DNA of 64,000 nucleotides. It comes from Paracoccaceae bacterium. GTDB taxonomy: Bacteria > Pseudomonadota > Alphaproteobacteria > Rhodobacterales > Rhodobacteraceae. The position numbers and the translations under genes were made by a program. Below are positions 7,411 through 16,942 of the stretch, piece after piece. The stretch's first letter is position 1. Each line of letters starts with the position of its first letter. Location of the stretch: contig OZ244919.1 of the NCBI GenBank assembly GCA_965221845.1, positions 698,334 through 762,333 on the forward strand. Direction: 5' to 3'. Under the pieces are notes generated by a model. The model was not told where the DNA came from. It ran no database searches and saw only the letters and a program-made list of their open reading frames with translations.

Positions 7411-10101
7411 TCAGAACCCGTACTTGGAGCTGCGCGTCTCGAAGGCGGCCTTGCCGCCTTCAAGGATTTCCTCGACCAGTTCGCGCACCGGGCCGGAGTC
7501 GATGGAAGCCATGTGTTCCCGCGCGATCCGCGCCCGGCCCTCCTCGGCCGCGCCCGTTGCAGCCAGGCCGAGGATGAGCTCGGCATCGCCCAGGACCGGG
7601 ATGTTGGCGTTGTGCGTCGAGAAGATGAACTGGCGCCGGCGCTTTTCCTGCCGCATGATCGGCACCACGCCCTCCGCGATGAACCGGTTGTCGAGATCGT
7701 CTTCAGGCTGGTCGACTACCAGAGGGGCATCCGATTCCAGCAGCAGGAGCAACAGGACGGCCGTTGCCATCTGACCGGTCGAAAGCGCCTGAAGGGCCTG
7801 CCAGCTTGCCGGCTCTCCGTCGGGAGCCGTGTTCAACTCGATCTCCGTGGTTGCAGGCAGTTCCAGTTCCTCGATGCGCATGAACAGGTCCGGATCGGCA
7901 TGCGCGATCCGTTCCGCCGCACCGGACGGCAGCCTGTAGCGTGCCCTGAGCGCGTCCCTGCCCTCCCGGCACAGCTCGGCAAGTTCCCGAAGGGACAGCT
8001 GGTCAAGTCCCCGAAGGCGATCCAGGGCGGCTGCAAGATTGCCTCCGACCTCTCGCAGCAGCCGTTCAAGCGGCTCTCGGTCGCCGGCCATCGCGACCCT
8101 GACCTGAACCCTGTTGCGCAGTTTGCGGGACACGCGCCTGGAGGCTGTTTCGATCTGCCTGCGTTCTGCCGCCTTGACGTCCTCCCACTCCGCGAGCAGG
8201 TTGCGGCGCTGGGCCTCATGCGCTTCCAGATCGCGCTTGAGACGTTCCATCCTGTCGTTCAAGGGACGCAACTCCTCGATCTGCTGGCGCAGCTGGATGA
8301 ACTCCGCACCATCAATCTTCGATTTCTGGAGCTCGCGCAGGAGCCTTTCGTAGGTTTCCTCTGTTGCGGTCTTTCTCTCGTTCCAGCGTGATCTCGCATC
8401 CGCGATGGATTCATCGGCTTCGGCAAGAGCCGTGCCGAACCGATCGCTGAGTGTCTTCAGTTTCCCGCCGAGCGCTTCAAGCGCTGCCTCGATTTCGGAA
8501 AGGACTTCGGAGTTCGGCAGCCCTTCCAGTGCCTTGCTGGAAACGAATGCCGTATCGACGGGCAGTCCTTCGGCAAGTTCGTCGTAAAGGGTGCGGTAAT
8601 GGCCAATCCGCTCGCCCAGGGTCAGGAACAGCCGCTCCTCGCGAATGAGCTGGCTCCTTTCCTTCAGGCGCTCTTCGAGCCCGGCCTGCCGAAATCGCTC
8701 TTGCGTCTCTTCGAGACCCGGCAGCGCTGCAAGTCGCTCGTCGAGACGCGTCATTTCGCGGCGGACCTCCACGATGCGGCCGCGCGAGCGTTCGAGCTCC
8801 AGGCGCACCCTTGATTTCCGCCCCGAAAGAGCGGGATCACGTTCAATGAAACGTTCCAGCAAGAGCGTACGGTTCTTGGGACTCTTCGCAAGTTCGGATA
8901 TTTCGTGCTGTCCGAGGATCTCCACTCCCGGCATCACGTCACTTGGCGACAGGTTCAGGACTTCCCCCGCTTCATCCTTCACGACGGGTGGATTCGGTAC
9001 CGATCTTTCGATCGTGTAGAGCCGTTCGGACGGCTTGTGCGATCGCACGAGCAGCGAGACTTTCGTGCCTGATTGCAGGACATTCTTGATTACGCCCTCA
9101 TGGGCTTTCCGCGCATCCTCGCCAAGAGGGTCGAGGTCAAGGGCATAGCGCATGCTTTCGATCATCGTCGACTTGCCTGCGCCCCTCCCGCCTACCAGCA
9201 CGTTCAGGTTTTCGTTGAAGTGCACGGCCGTGTCGCGCAGGAACCCGCCCTCCCATGTCATCGCAATGAACTCGGCATGGGGATCGGGATCAGGGTCGCT
9301 GTGCAGGCGGATGCGGGAGACGGGGTCGAGAAAGGCCTGCCTGAACGCCTCGACCGAGACGGCGGACATCTTGATCAAGCAGGATGCCGCGCCGTCCTCG
9401 AGCATGTCCGGGTCGCTGACGTCCGAGGCGTTCAGAATCGCGAGCGGGCGGTCTCGCCGGTGCTCGGCGTCCTTGTTCTCGAGGATCGGCCTGATCCCGT
9501 CCGGCGCGGCAATGACCGGACCGGGCAGCGCACAGGCAAGCAGGTCGGGATTGGTCCAGGCATTGACTCTCGATTGTCCCGAGAGCTTCTTCAGCAACCC
9601 GCCGTCCGAGGCGACATGGGCTGCAATGCACACGGCGCCCCAGTTCCGGGCGCATTCAAGCAGCTCGATGGAATCCTTGCTCCCGGTCGGTGACGGTTGA
9701 TCTGTGCCGTAGATGCCGCATTCCCCGATGAATCGCTCCAGTGCGTCGTCCTTGTCCGGATCAAACAGGCACAGGAAATGAATGCCGTCTTTCGTGACGG
9801 CTTCGAAACCGTTGAAAGCATGGAGACCGGCATCGCGCGCTGCGTGCACGAGACCTGCCGAATGCTCGATGCGGTAGTGGTCCGTGACCGCGATGACTTC
9901 GATGCCGATTTCAGTGCATGCCTTGACCATCGCATTGTTGTATTCCTCTTCGGATCTGAACCTGGTCGGCTTTCTGTGTCTCTTGACATAGGCGAATGGA
10001 TTTACCTGCAAGGCACAGCGAAAGAATCGCGCTCCGCTTGGCAGGTCCAATGCGGCCTGCATGCGATCAGGGAGCCGATGCGCCAAACCGGTCGCGGTCA
10101 T
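7411..10101 (-). CDS. PHP-domain protein fused to an SMC/Rad50-like ABC ATPase (PplA-like)
   Basis: ORF 7411..10239. Start moved to ATG 10099-10101 (GGAGAA 7 nt upstream), because the longer 5' extension runs into a MITE. PHP-like IAVTDHY and AAHVASDGG. Walker A GGRGAGKST. Long coiled-coil middle. LSTGQ signature, VVDQPEDDLD Walker B/D-loop and FSTHNANI H-loop. Confidence 0.8.
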   Translation of the reverse strand: MTATGLAHRLPDRMQAALDLPSGARFFRCALQVNPFAYVKRHRKPTRFRSEEEYNNAMVKACTEIGIEVIAVTDHYRIEHSAGLVHAARDAGLHAFNGFEAVTKDGIHFLCLFDPDKDDALERFIGECGIYGTDQPSPTGSKDSIELLECARNWGAVCIAAHVASDGGLLKKLSGQSRVNAWTNPDLLACALPGPVIAAPDGIRPILENKDAEHRRDRPLAILNASDVSDPDMLEDGAASCLIKMSAVSVEAFRQAFLDPVSRIRLHSDPDPDPHAEFIAMTWEGGFLRDTAVHFNENLNVLVGGRGAGKSTMIESMRYALDLDPLGEDARKAHEGVIKNVLQSGTKVSLLVRSHKPSERLYTIERSVPNPPVVKDEAGEVLNLSPSDVMPGVEILGQHEISELAKSPKNRTLLLERFIERDPALSGRKSRVRLELERSRGRIVEVRREMTRLDERLAALPGLEETQERFRQAGLEERLKERSQLIREERLFLTLGERIGHYRTLYDELAEGLPVDTAFVSSKALEGLPNSEVLSEIEAALEALGGKLKTLSDRFGTALAEADESIADARSRWNERKTATEETYERLLRELQKSKIDGAEFIQLRQQIEELRPLNDRMERLKRDLEAHEAQRRNLLAEWEDVKAAERRQIETASRRVSRKLRNRVQVRVAMAGDREPLERLLREVGGNLAAALDRLRGLDQLSLRELAELCREGRDALRARYRLPSGAAERIAHADPDLFMRIEELELPATTEIELNTAPDGEPASWQALQALSTGQMATAVLLLLLLESDAPLVVDQPEDDLDNRFIAEGVVPIMRQEKRRRQFIFSTHNANIPVLGDAELILGLAATGAAEEGRARIAREHMASIDSGPVRELVEEILEGGKAAFETRSSKYGF

Positions 10102-10210
10102 CCGTGGTTCTCCGTCCGTTCCACTGTGTCGAACCTCATTCCCGCTCCGGTCGTTCTTGCTGTTCGGCGACGTATCGCTCAACCGCATCCCGTACAACCC
10201 ACGCCAGTGA

Positions 10211-10307
10211 GAGGCTGACCTAAAATTCATACCAAACACTATATGTTGTGCTAAAATCTCGTAAATAAGCCATTATAGTTCAATATATGGCATTTTAGGT
10301 CAAGCTC
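10211..10307. mobile_element. 97-bp MITE derived from the IS5/IS1031-like element (MITE-1)
   Basis: Both ends carry the IS5 left-end repeat (gaggctgacctaaaat ... attttaggtcaagctc). The core is AT-rich. 3-bp direct repeat TGA (10208-10210 and 10308-10310). Confidence 0.75.
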
Positions 10308-10515
10308 TGAGACCTTCTTCTGCCTGGCGAGCCTTTCCAGGGCCTCGTGGATTTCTGCTGGAAAGCTGATCGATGCACGCGCAGATGCCGTTCCTTGGGC
10401 TTTCATGACCTGCCTGCTTTCCTTGATGTGCCGGCCTGGCGCACTGTGGCCCGAACTCCAGTGTTCACCACATTACACCATGAAGGTGAAGTGATGAAAG
10501 TCCGAAACATCAGAC

Positions 10516-11110
10516 GGGGTGCGTTCCAGATTTCTTGTCAAGCTGCCGTGGCCCGATTCGCCCGCCAGCCGAGGCTGGTCGAGCAGCCGGAAGTTCATGG
10601 TGCAGCTTCTCAGCGCGAGCATGGCATTGGCGCCCCTCCGGGTCTTCGCACGCGTTTCCGACACCCTGTCCGAGGAGTCGGGCCTCGAATGCGCGCCCGG
10701 CGCAAGAAGGTCCTCCGGCCAGAGGACCGGACGCTCGAGAGGCGGCCCGACGCACAGGGCCGTGGCCGTCGTGGACGTGCCTGGATGTCTGGTCCGCTTC
10801 ACGACCCTCCCGGCCGGGCGCACGGCCCGAGGGGGTGCCGGACCTGCGCGACGGCCTTGCGTCGGGGACGCTGGCCGGGGACATGGCGTTCAGCGCGGAC
10901 CGGCTGCACGGGGACGCGGCGGAACCGGACGATGCAGCGGGCGCATGACCGGGACATGCGATTCTGGCGGCACCCGACGGAGAGCCTGTCCGCCAGGACC
11001 GGGAAGTTCCGGGCGATCGTGACACGCTGCGCCAGGATCGACGGGAGCTTCGCGGCGGGGATTCACCCCGTCGCCGGCGTGGTCGCCGCGACATGACTGT
11101 CAACGGGCCC
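10516..11110. mobile_element. mosaic of IS remnants: ISKra4-type right-end fragment plus a decayed IS427-like copy
   Basis: ggggtgcgttccagattt terminus at about 10516. A minus-strand RRGANAMLALRSCTMNFRLLD fragment lies at about 10580-10640. Plus-strand VSDTLSEESGLE ... FRAIVTRCARIDGSFAAGIHPVAGVVAAT ends at the terminal repeat tgtcaacgggccc (11098-11110). Confidence 0.5.
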
Positions 11111-11357
11111 TGACTCGAATCGTCTTCGACTTTTTCATTGAACGCGCTCTGGCCGAAAGGGGCGCAGAACAGCGGCTGACGCCCCCGACCTTGCTATCCG
11201 GCTTCGACCTCCCGGGCCTTTCAAAGAACCGGGTGTAGCCCAGACTGGTTGACGACCGCGATTCTCTTCTGCCACGCTTTCCCTGCGGCGCATCGTGCAA
11301 CGGCCGGACGAACCGGCCTGCGGCGCGCCGCATGAGGCAGATGCAGGAGTGCGTGTC

Positions 11358-12885
11358 ATGACTGACGAGAGCGAAGGGAGCCGGGTGCACCGCCATCCGG
11401 ACGCGGCGGACTGTCCGGAGGGCCTTCCCGAGGACGAGGCGGCGGCGCATCCGCCGCCGGTCCGCAGGCACGCAGGCGGCCACACGCGATGCTGGATCGA
11501 GGGGGGCGAGGTGCGGAGCCGCGACGTCGCGGGGGACGGCACGCCCGAGGCGCTGCCGGGGCGGTCCCGTCGGAGTTCGGTCCGCTGCCGCCGCGGCTGG
11601 CGGCGGACCCGGGCTCGGGGGTTCCGGACCTGGACGGCGTGGAGCGGGCGCTCCGGGACGCCTCGCCGGGCGGCGGCGCGGCGGCGCCGAGCTTCTGCCG
11701 GGCGGCTGGACGCGACGCTGCCGGCGCCGGAGTGCGCGGCCTGCGGCAGGCCGACGGCCCGGCATTCGGCGACGCCGAAGTCCTTGCCTCGAGCCGGCTG
11801 GGGCGGGTCGAGGCGGAGCGGTCGCGTTTCCGCTGCCGGTCCTGCGGCGGGGGATGCTTCCCGCCGGACCGGGCGCCGGGCCTTGAGGGCGAGACGGTGA
11901 CGCCGGGGATGGCGAGCGTCATCGCCGGGACCGTTCCGCTCATGGGCTTCGAGGCGGCGAGCCGGCATGTCGACAGCCTCGCCGGGGCGGACGCCTCGTC
12001 GAGCTCGCTGCAGCGCCGGGCGCCGGGCTCGGCGAGGCGGCGGCCCGCTTCGAGCGCGAGGAGGTGCCGGACGGCAGGCCGCCGGAACCGCGCATGCAGC
12101 TCTCCGTCGACGGCGCCGGCGTCCCGATGCGCAGGGAGGAGACCGAGGGCGTTCGCGGCAGGCAGGCCGACGGCACCTCGAGGACCCGAGAAGCCAGGCT
12201 TGCGGTCATCTGCACCGCCGAGGGCCGGGACCCCGGGACCGGCGCGGCGGCGAGGACCGGGGCGGCGAATCCGTCACCTGCCTGACCGGCGGCGCGGCGG
12301 CGCCGTCCGGAGGCCGGGAGGCCTCGGACTTCGCGGCGCGGCCCGACCGGGAGGCCCGGCGGCGGGGGCTGCACGACGCGGGCGGGCCCGTCGTCGTCTC
12401 CGACGGGGCGGACTGGATCCCCAACGCCTGCGAGGATCTCTTCGGGGGCCGGAAGGCCGCCTTCGTGCCCGGCCTCCTCCACTGCCCGGAACGCGCCTCC
12501 GACGCCGCGAGGCGGTCCTGCCGGCGGGGGCGGAGCGGGACCGGCGGTTCGCGGAGGCGAGGCGGACGTCAGGGCGGGCCGGGCGGCGAAGGCCGTCCGG
12601 GATCTCGCGCCGTCCGGGGACCGGCACGGGGAGGTGGAGGCGTGCCGCTATTTCGAGAGGAACCTCGGCCGGATGCGGCACGACGGGTTCCGGGAACGGG
12701 GCGTCCGGGCCGGAAGCGGCGTCGTGGAGGGCGGATGCAGGCAGTTCGGGCTGCGGACGGAGCGCTCCGGCGCCCGCTGGTCGAAGAGGGGCGCCAACGC
12801 CATGCTGGCGCTGAAGGGCTGCGCCATGAACCTCAGGGTGCCCGACTTCCTCGAATGGCGGACGAATCAGGCCATCGCCGCATGA
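11358..12885 (+). pseudogene. ISKra4-family transposase with several frameshifts
   Basis: The pieces lie in three frames: MTDESEGSRVHRHPD...; FRCRSCGGG...; VDGAGVPMRREETEGVRGRQADGTSRTREARLAV; VVVSDGADWIPNACEDLFGGRKAAF; YFERNLGRMRHDGFRERGVRAGSGVVEGGCRQF...RWSKRGANAMLALKGCAMN. Confidence 0.7.
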
Positions 12886-12892
12886 GCAACTA

Positions 12893-13763
12893 GGGCCCGT
12901 TGACACTCATGTCGCCGCGACCACGCCGGCGACGAGGTGGATCCCGGCGGCAAAGCTCGCGTCGGTCTTGTCGTACCGGGTCGCGATCGCACGGAACTCC
13001 CTGGTCTTCGCGAAGAGGCTCTCCACCAGGTGCCGCCACCCGTACACCTCCCGGTCATGCGCCCGCGGCACCGTCCGGCTCCGCTTCGACGGAATCACCG
13101 CCTCCGCCCCGCGTTCCGCCAGGTCCTCCAGCAGCCAGTCCGCGTCGAACGCCCTGTCGCCGACGAAGGCCCCGAACGCCAGGCCGTCGAGAAGCCCCGG
13201 CACCCCCTTGAGGTCGTGCGCCTGGCCGGGAAGGATCCTGAAGCGGACCAGATAGCCGAGCGCGTCCACGACGGCCACGGCCCTGCTCGTCAGGCCGCCT
13301 CTGGAACGACCGATCCCCTGGCTCGAGGTCCCCCTTTTGCGCCGGACGCCTTCTGATGCGCCTGGACGACCGTGCCGTCGACGAACACCCACTCGAGGCC
13401 GGACTCCTCGGACAAGGCGTCGGAAACGCGTTCGAAAACTCCCGAAAGCGCCCAGCGCCGGAACCGCTTGAAGACGCTGTTCCAGTTCCCGAACCGCGCG
13501 GGGAGGTCGCGCCACGGCGACCCCGTGCGGAACCGCCAGAGCACCGCCTCCATGAAAAGGCGGTTGTCCGCCGCCGTGCCGCCGGGATCGGACTTCTTGC
13601 CCGGCAGCATGTCCTCGATCCGCGCCCACATGGCGTCGGTCAGAACCGTCCTGTCTGCATTCATGATGTCACCTGTTTCCTGCCCGTGCCGCCGTTCCGG
13701 CGGTCATCGGGGAAGGAAATGGCATGGAAGCGGGCGATTCGCAAGGCAACTGTCAACGGGCCC
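12893..13763 (-). mobile_element. IS5-family, IS427-group-like element inserted into the right end of ISKra4 copy A
   Basis: Terminal inverted repeats gggcccgttgaca (12893-12905) and tgtcaacgggccc (13751-13763). TA on both sides. Removing it restores ...catgagcaacTAatctgggctacaccc, which matches the right end of copy C at 57381-57406. Confidence 0.8.
12907..13664 (-). CDS. IS5-family transposase, orfA/orfB joined by a probable -1 frameshift (appears intact)
   Basis: orfA is 13290..13664 (MNADRTVLTDAMWARIEDMLPGKKSDPGGTAADNRLFMEAVLWRFRTGSPWRDLP). orfB is 12907..13629 (IGRSRGGLTSRAVAVVDALGYLV...DRAFDADWL...FRAIATRYDK). GCAAAAGGGGG at 13330-13340 allows slipping from orfA into orfB. Confidence 0.75.
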
Positions 13764-14434
13764 TAATCTGGGCTACACCCCAAAGAACCATACTTGTACA
13801 GGCAACCGTTTTCCTGCATGCTCCGGGCATGCAGGTCGGTCTCCGCCATCTTGGTTCTCGCACGCCTGACCGGCTCGCCGGGGCCCTGCGCTCGGGCGGG
13901 GCCACCCGTCACGCCCTGGCCCGCGGGCTGTGCGAGCGGACCGGCTGGCTGAACGCCCGCGGCCGGCCGTGCATTCAGACGGCCGCCAAGGCGCTGCCCG
14001 TCCTGGCGGGACGGCCGGGGCTTGCGCTTCCGCCGCCGCGCGCCGCGCCGGAGGCGGCCGCCGCGCCCGCCGTGCCGGCCGGCGACGTGCCGGGCACGCC
14101 GACCCCGCTGCCCGTGCTCGCCGTCTCGGCCGCCGGGACGGAGCCTCCCGACGGCGCCGACGACCTGCGCAAGCTCCTCGCCTTCGACGCCGTCACCGCC
14201 CGGCCCGCGTCGCCGGCCTGACGGTCCTCGCCCGAGAGCGCCCGGAGACGCCCGCCACCGAGGCCTTCCCGGAGGAGGACGTCGACCTGCTTCACACGCT
14301 GCTGGAGAGCCAGGGCCACCGGAACGTCGAGAGGATGCCCGGCGGCTGCCGTTCCGGGCGCGACGTTCCCGTCCGCCGCCTGCCGGCAGCGGGCCGGCTT
14401 GAAACCGAGGGCGGAGCCGGGAGGCAGCCTGCTG

Positions 14435-14734
14435 TCACCTGTTCATTGGCAGCCGCTCCTGGAGGACGGCCTCGAGACGGGCCAGACCCTTCGCGAGATC
14501 CCCGATCGCGGCCCGGTTCTCGCGGATCTCCGCGCGGAGATCATCCCGCACCGACCCGATCTCGGCCCAAAGGATGCCGAATGCGGCGAGGCCCGCGGCG
14601 GCCAAGCCGCCGATGAGCCACATCTGCGTCGGCCGGTCGAAGCCCTGCGCGGACCGTCGCGAGAAGGTCTCCTGCAGGAAATCGATCTGCTCGCGCGTGA
14701 AGCCGTGCCTCGTCCCTTCCGTCGCCTCGGCCAT
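14435..14734 (-). CDS. small hypothetical membrane protein (99 aa)
   Basis: Internal start of ORF 14435..14893 at ATG 14732-14734, with GGGGAGGG 6 nt upstream. One hydrophobic helix (MWLIGGLAAAGLAAFGILWA) is followed by a heptad-like tail. No family recognised. Confidence 0.4.
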   Translation of the reverse strand: MAEATEGTRHGFTREQIDFLQETFSRRSAQGFDRPTQMWLIGGLAAAGLAAFGILWAEIGSVRDDLRAEIRENRAAIGDLAKGLARLEAVLQERLPMNR

Positions 14735-15003
14735 CAAGTGCCCTCCCCGCACCTGCGCATTGACATAAGCCGTTCCGCGTCCCGCCGCAAGACAGCGGCG
14801 CTTGCCGTGGCGATCCTGACCGGCGCCGTCGGCCTGCGCGGCGGACGCACCGCATCCCGCCACGGCGCGGACCGCCAGACGACCGGACGCCATGATCGAC
14901 GACCTGATGCCCCGCGTTGCGCCACGATGGCGATCCTTCGCCGCTCGCCGAGGTCCTGAATGAGGTCGATCGCCGCCACCCGGCCTTCCCGCGCGAACCC
15001 TGA

Positions 15004-15101
15004 GAGCTTGGCCTAAAATTCATGCCAAGAAACTATATATAGTGCTAAAATCTTGAAAATATGCCATTATATTTCAATATATGGTATTTTAGGTCAAGCT
15101 C
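15004..15101. mobile_element. 98-bp MITE derived from the IS5/IS1031-like element (MITE-2)
   Basis: gagcttggcctaaaat ... attttaggtcaagctc. 3-bp direct repeat TGA (15001-15003 and 15102-15104). Internal sequence is about the same as MITE-1. Confidence 0.75.
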
Positions 15102-15404
15102 TGAGAGCCTGGCCGGACGAATGTCCTGCCCGAGCTCCCGGCGGCAGCGAAAGCGCCCGGATGAACACCGGTCGGGCCAGGATGCCGTCCAGGCGGGCGA
15201 CGCTCTCTGCTTGCGGCCGCCTGCACAGCCATGCCGGCGTGACTGGCCAGGCCCGGGACCGTTCTGCAGCAGGTTTCCCATGGTCGCCCGCCGCGTCTCG
15301 CCGAGGCTGTTTTCGCGACGTCGGCAACAGACATTCTTCTCATGCGCCTCCAGGGTCCGCTCTCGCGATGCTGCCCGCAGCAGCCGCATCGCCGCCAGCC
15401 GGTT

Positions 15405-16304
15405 TCAGGGCCGTGACCTCGGCTGACGCCCGATCCCTGCAAGCCGCCGCTCGCGCCAGAAGGCGTACAGCCCCGAACCCACGATCAGCGTGACGCCGGC
15501 CCAGGTCATCAGGTCGGGAACTTCGCCGAAGACAAGGTATGCGATGACGAGAGCGAACAGGATCCGTGAATAGCGAAACGGCGCCAAGGACGAGACGTCC
15601 CCGCTCCGCATCGCCGTTGTCAGCGTCCACAGCGCCGCGGAGATCGCCAGGATCATGCCAAGGTACCAGACCGCCGTCTCGAGACTCACGGGCCGCCAGC
15701 CCCCCTGAAAGAGCATCATGACCGCCCCGGCGGGCGCCATGGGCACCATTGACCAGGCGACGGCGAACGGCGTCGAGACCCTTGCCGGCAAGCGACGGCT
15801 CGCGAGGTCGCGCGCCGCAAGGCCGAAGACATAGACAAGAACCCAGAGGAGCCCGGGGTCGAACGCGCTGAAGCCCGGGCGGAGAATCATCAGCACGCCG
15901 GCAAGGGCAAGCCCGACCGCAGCCCAGCGGCGCCATCCGATGTCCTCCTTCAGAAACAGGGCCGCGCCGACAACCACCGCCAGCGGCTGCGCCTGCGCAA
16001 GCGCGATCACCGAGGAAAGCGGCGCCAGGCCGAGCGCGATGACGATGCCGATGCCACCCGCGACCTCGCCCGCCGTCCGAACCAGAAGCGCAGGATCAAG
16101 GGCCTCCGGCGACCAGAGCCGCTCGCCGGACCGCCACATCGCGGCCCGGAACAGGCAGAACGTCGCGACCGAGCTGATGAAGACGACCTGCCCCGCGCCC
16201 TGGGATTCGCTGGCAAGCTTGACGAACGCGTCAACGGCCGCGAAGCACGCCATGGCGATGACGGTCAGCAGGATCGCCCGGGCGCCGGATGTGCCGTTCT
16301 GCAT
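15405..16304 (-). CDS. DMT-family (EamA-like) transporter
   Basis: 299-aa ORF with about ten hydrophobic segments and two EamA-like halves. Confidence 0.85.
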   Translation of the reverse strand: MQNGTSGARAILLTVIAMACFAAVDAFVKLASESQGAGQVVFISSVATFCLFRAAMWRSGERLWSPEALDPALLVRTAGEVAGGIGIVIALGLAPLSSVIALAQAQPLAVVVGAALFLKEDIGWRRWAAVGLALAGVLMILRPGFSAFDPGLLWVLVYVFGLAARDLASRRLPARVSTPFAVAWSMVPMAPAGAVMMLFQGGWRPVSLETAVWYLGMILAISAALWTLTTAMRSGDVSSLAPFRYSRILFALVIAYLVFGEVPDLMTWAGVTLIVGSGLYAFWRERRLAGIGRQPRSRP

Positions 16305-16378
16305 CTGCCGGCCGTCAGGGCGTGCGCCGCCGCGTCAGGGCGCGTGCCCGGTGGCGAGGCGCCGCCGCCCGCCAGCCG

Positions 16379-16942
16379 CTAGCGTTCGATCGATGCGTCA
16401 AGCATGACATCAGGGTCATCCGTCACGGCACCGTTCGCGCCCGTTCCGCGCTTGATGGCGTCAACCACGTCCATGCCCTCGATGACACTGCCGACGACCG
16501 TGTACCGTCCGTTCAGGAAATGGCCGTCCCGAAACATGATGAAGAACTGGCTGTTGGCCGAATCCGGGCTTCGGGCGCGCGCCATTCCGACGGTTCCGCG
16601 ATCGAACGGAATTTCGCTGAATTCGGCCGGAAGATCGGGCCTGCCGGAACCGCCGGTGCCGGCCCGGCGCAGGTCTCCGCCGGCCATCCCGAACTCGACG
16701 TCCCCGGTCTGCGCCATGAACCCCTCGATCACGCGGTGAAAGGCGACGCCGTCATAGGCGCCCTCTTCCGCGAGCGCCGCGATCCGCTCCGCATGCGCGG
16801 GCGCCACGTCCTCGAACAGGTCTATGACGATGCGTCCGCGCGCCTCGCCTTCAACCCGGATGACCAGATTGGGTCCGGACCCGTCATCCGCAGCGACGGC
16901 GGGAGAGGCCAGGACCGCGACTGCAAGCAGGACCCTAAGCAT
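16379..16942 (-). CDS. ppiA: peptidyl-prolyl cis-trans isomerase, cyclophilin type, with signal peptide
   Basis: [18 protein letters not shown] leader. [14 protein letters not shown] and SANSQFFIMF cyclophilin motifs. Confidence 0.9.
   Translation of the reverse strand: MLRVLLAVAVLASPAVAADDGSGPNLVIRVEGEARGRIVIDLFEDVAPAHAERIAALAEEGAYDGVAFHRVIEGFMAQTGDVEFGMAGGDLRRAGTGGSGRPDLPAEFSEIPFDRGTVGMARARSPDSANSQFFIMFRDGHFLNGRYTVVGSVIEGMDVVDAIKRGTGANGAVTDDPDVMLDASIER

Larger units (their letters stand above)
11231..13780 (+). mobile_element. ISKra4-type IS, copy A, with a nested IS427-like element
   Basis: Termini are gggtgtagcccagac ... atctgggctacaccc. Perfect 9-bp target duplication CAAAGAACC (11222-11230 and 13781-13789). 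Confidence 0.75.

Noticed and set aside
6190-8391. 733-aa plus-strand ORF covering the AlbA_2 gene and part of the PHP-ATPase gene
   Set aside because: It is antisense to two ORFs with clear domain motifs. Its translation is Arg/Pro/Ala/Gly-rich with no recognisable motif, which is typical of a shadow ORF in high-GC DNA.
13724-14221. 165-aa plus-strand ORF, and the 5770-6186 sequence, as parts of a winged-helix / IS-associated protein (I was reminded of DUF4338-type proteins by LARGLCERTGWLNARGRPCIQTAAKALPVLA and MMATHHPEGD...GGRIRYWIRS)
   Set aside because: The similarity rests only on memory of short motifs. Both pieces are fragments with no intact ORF. I did not report them as features, and an HMM search would be needed.
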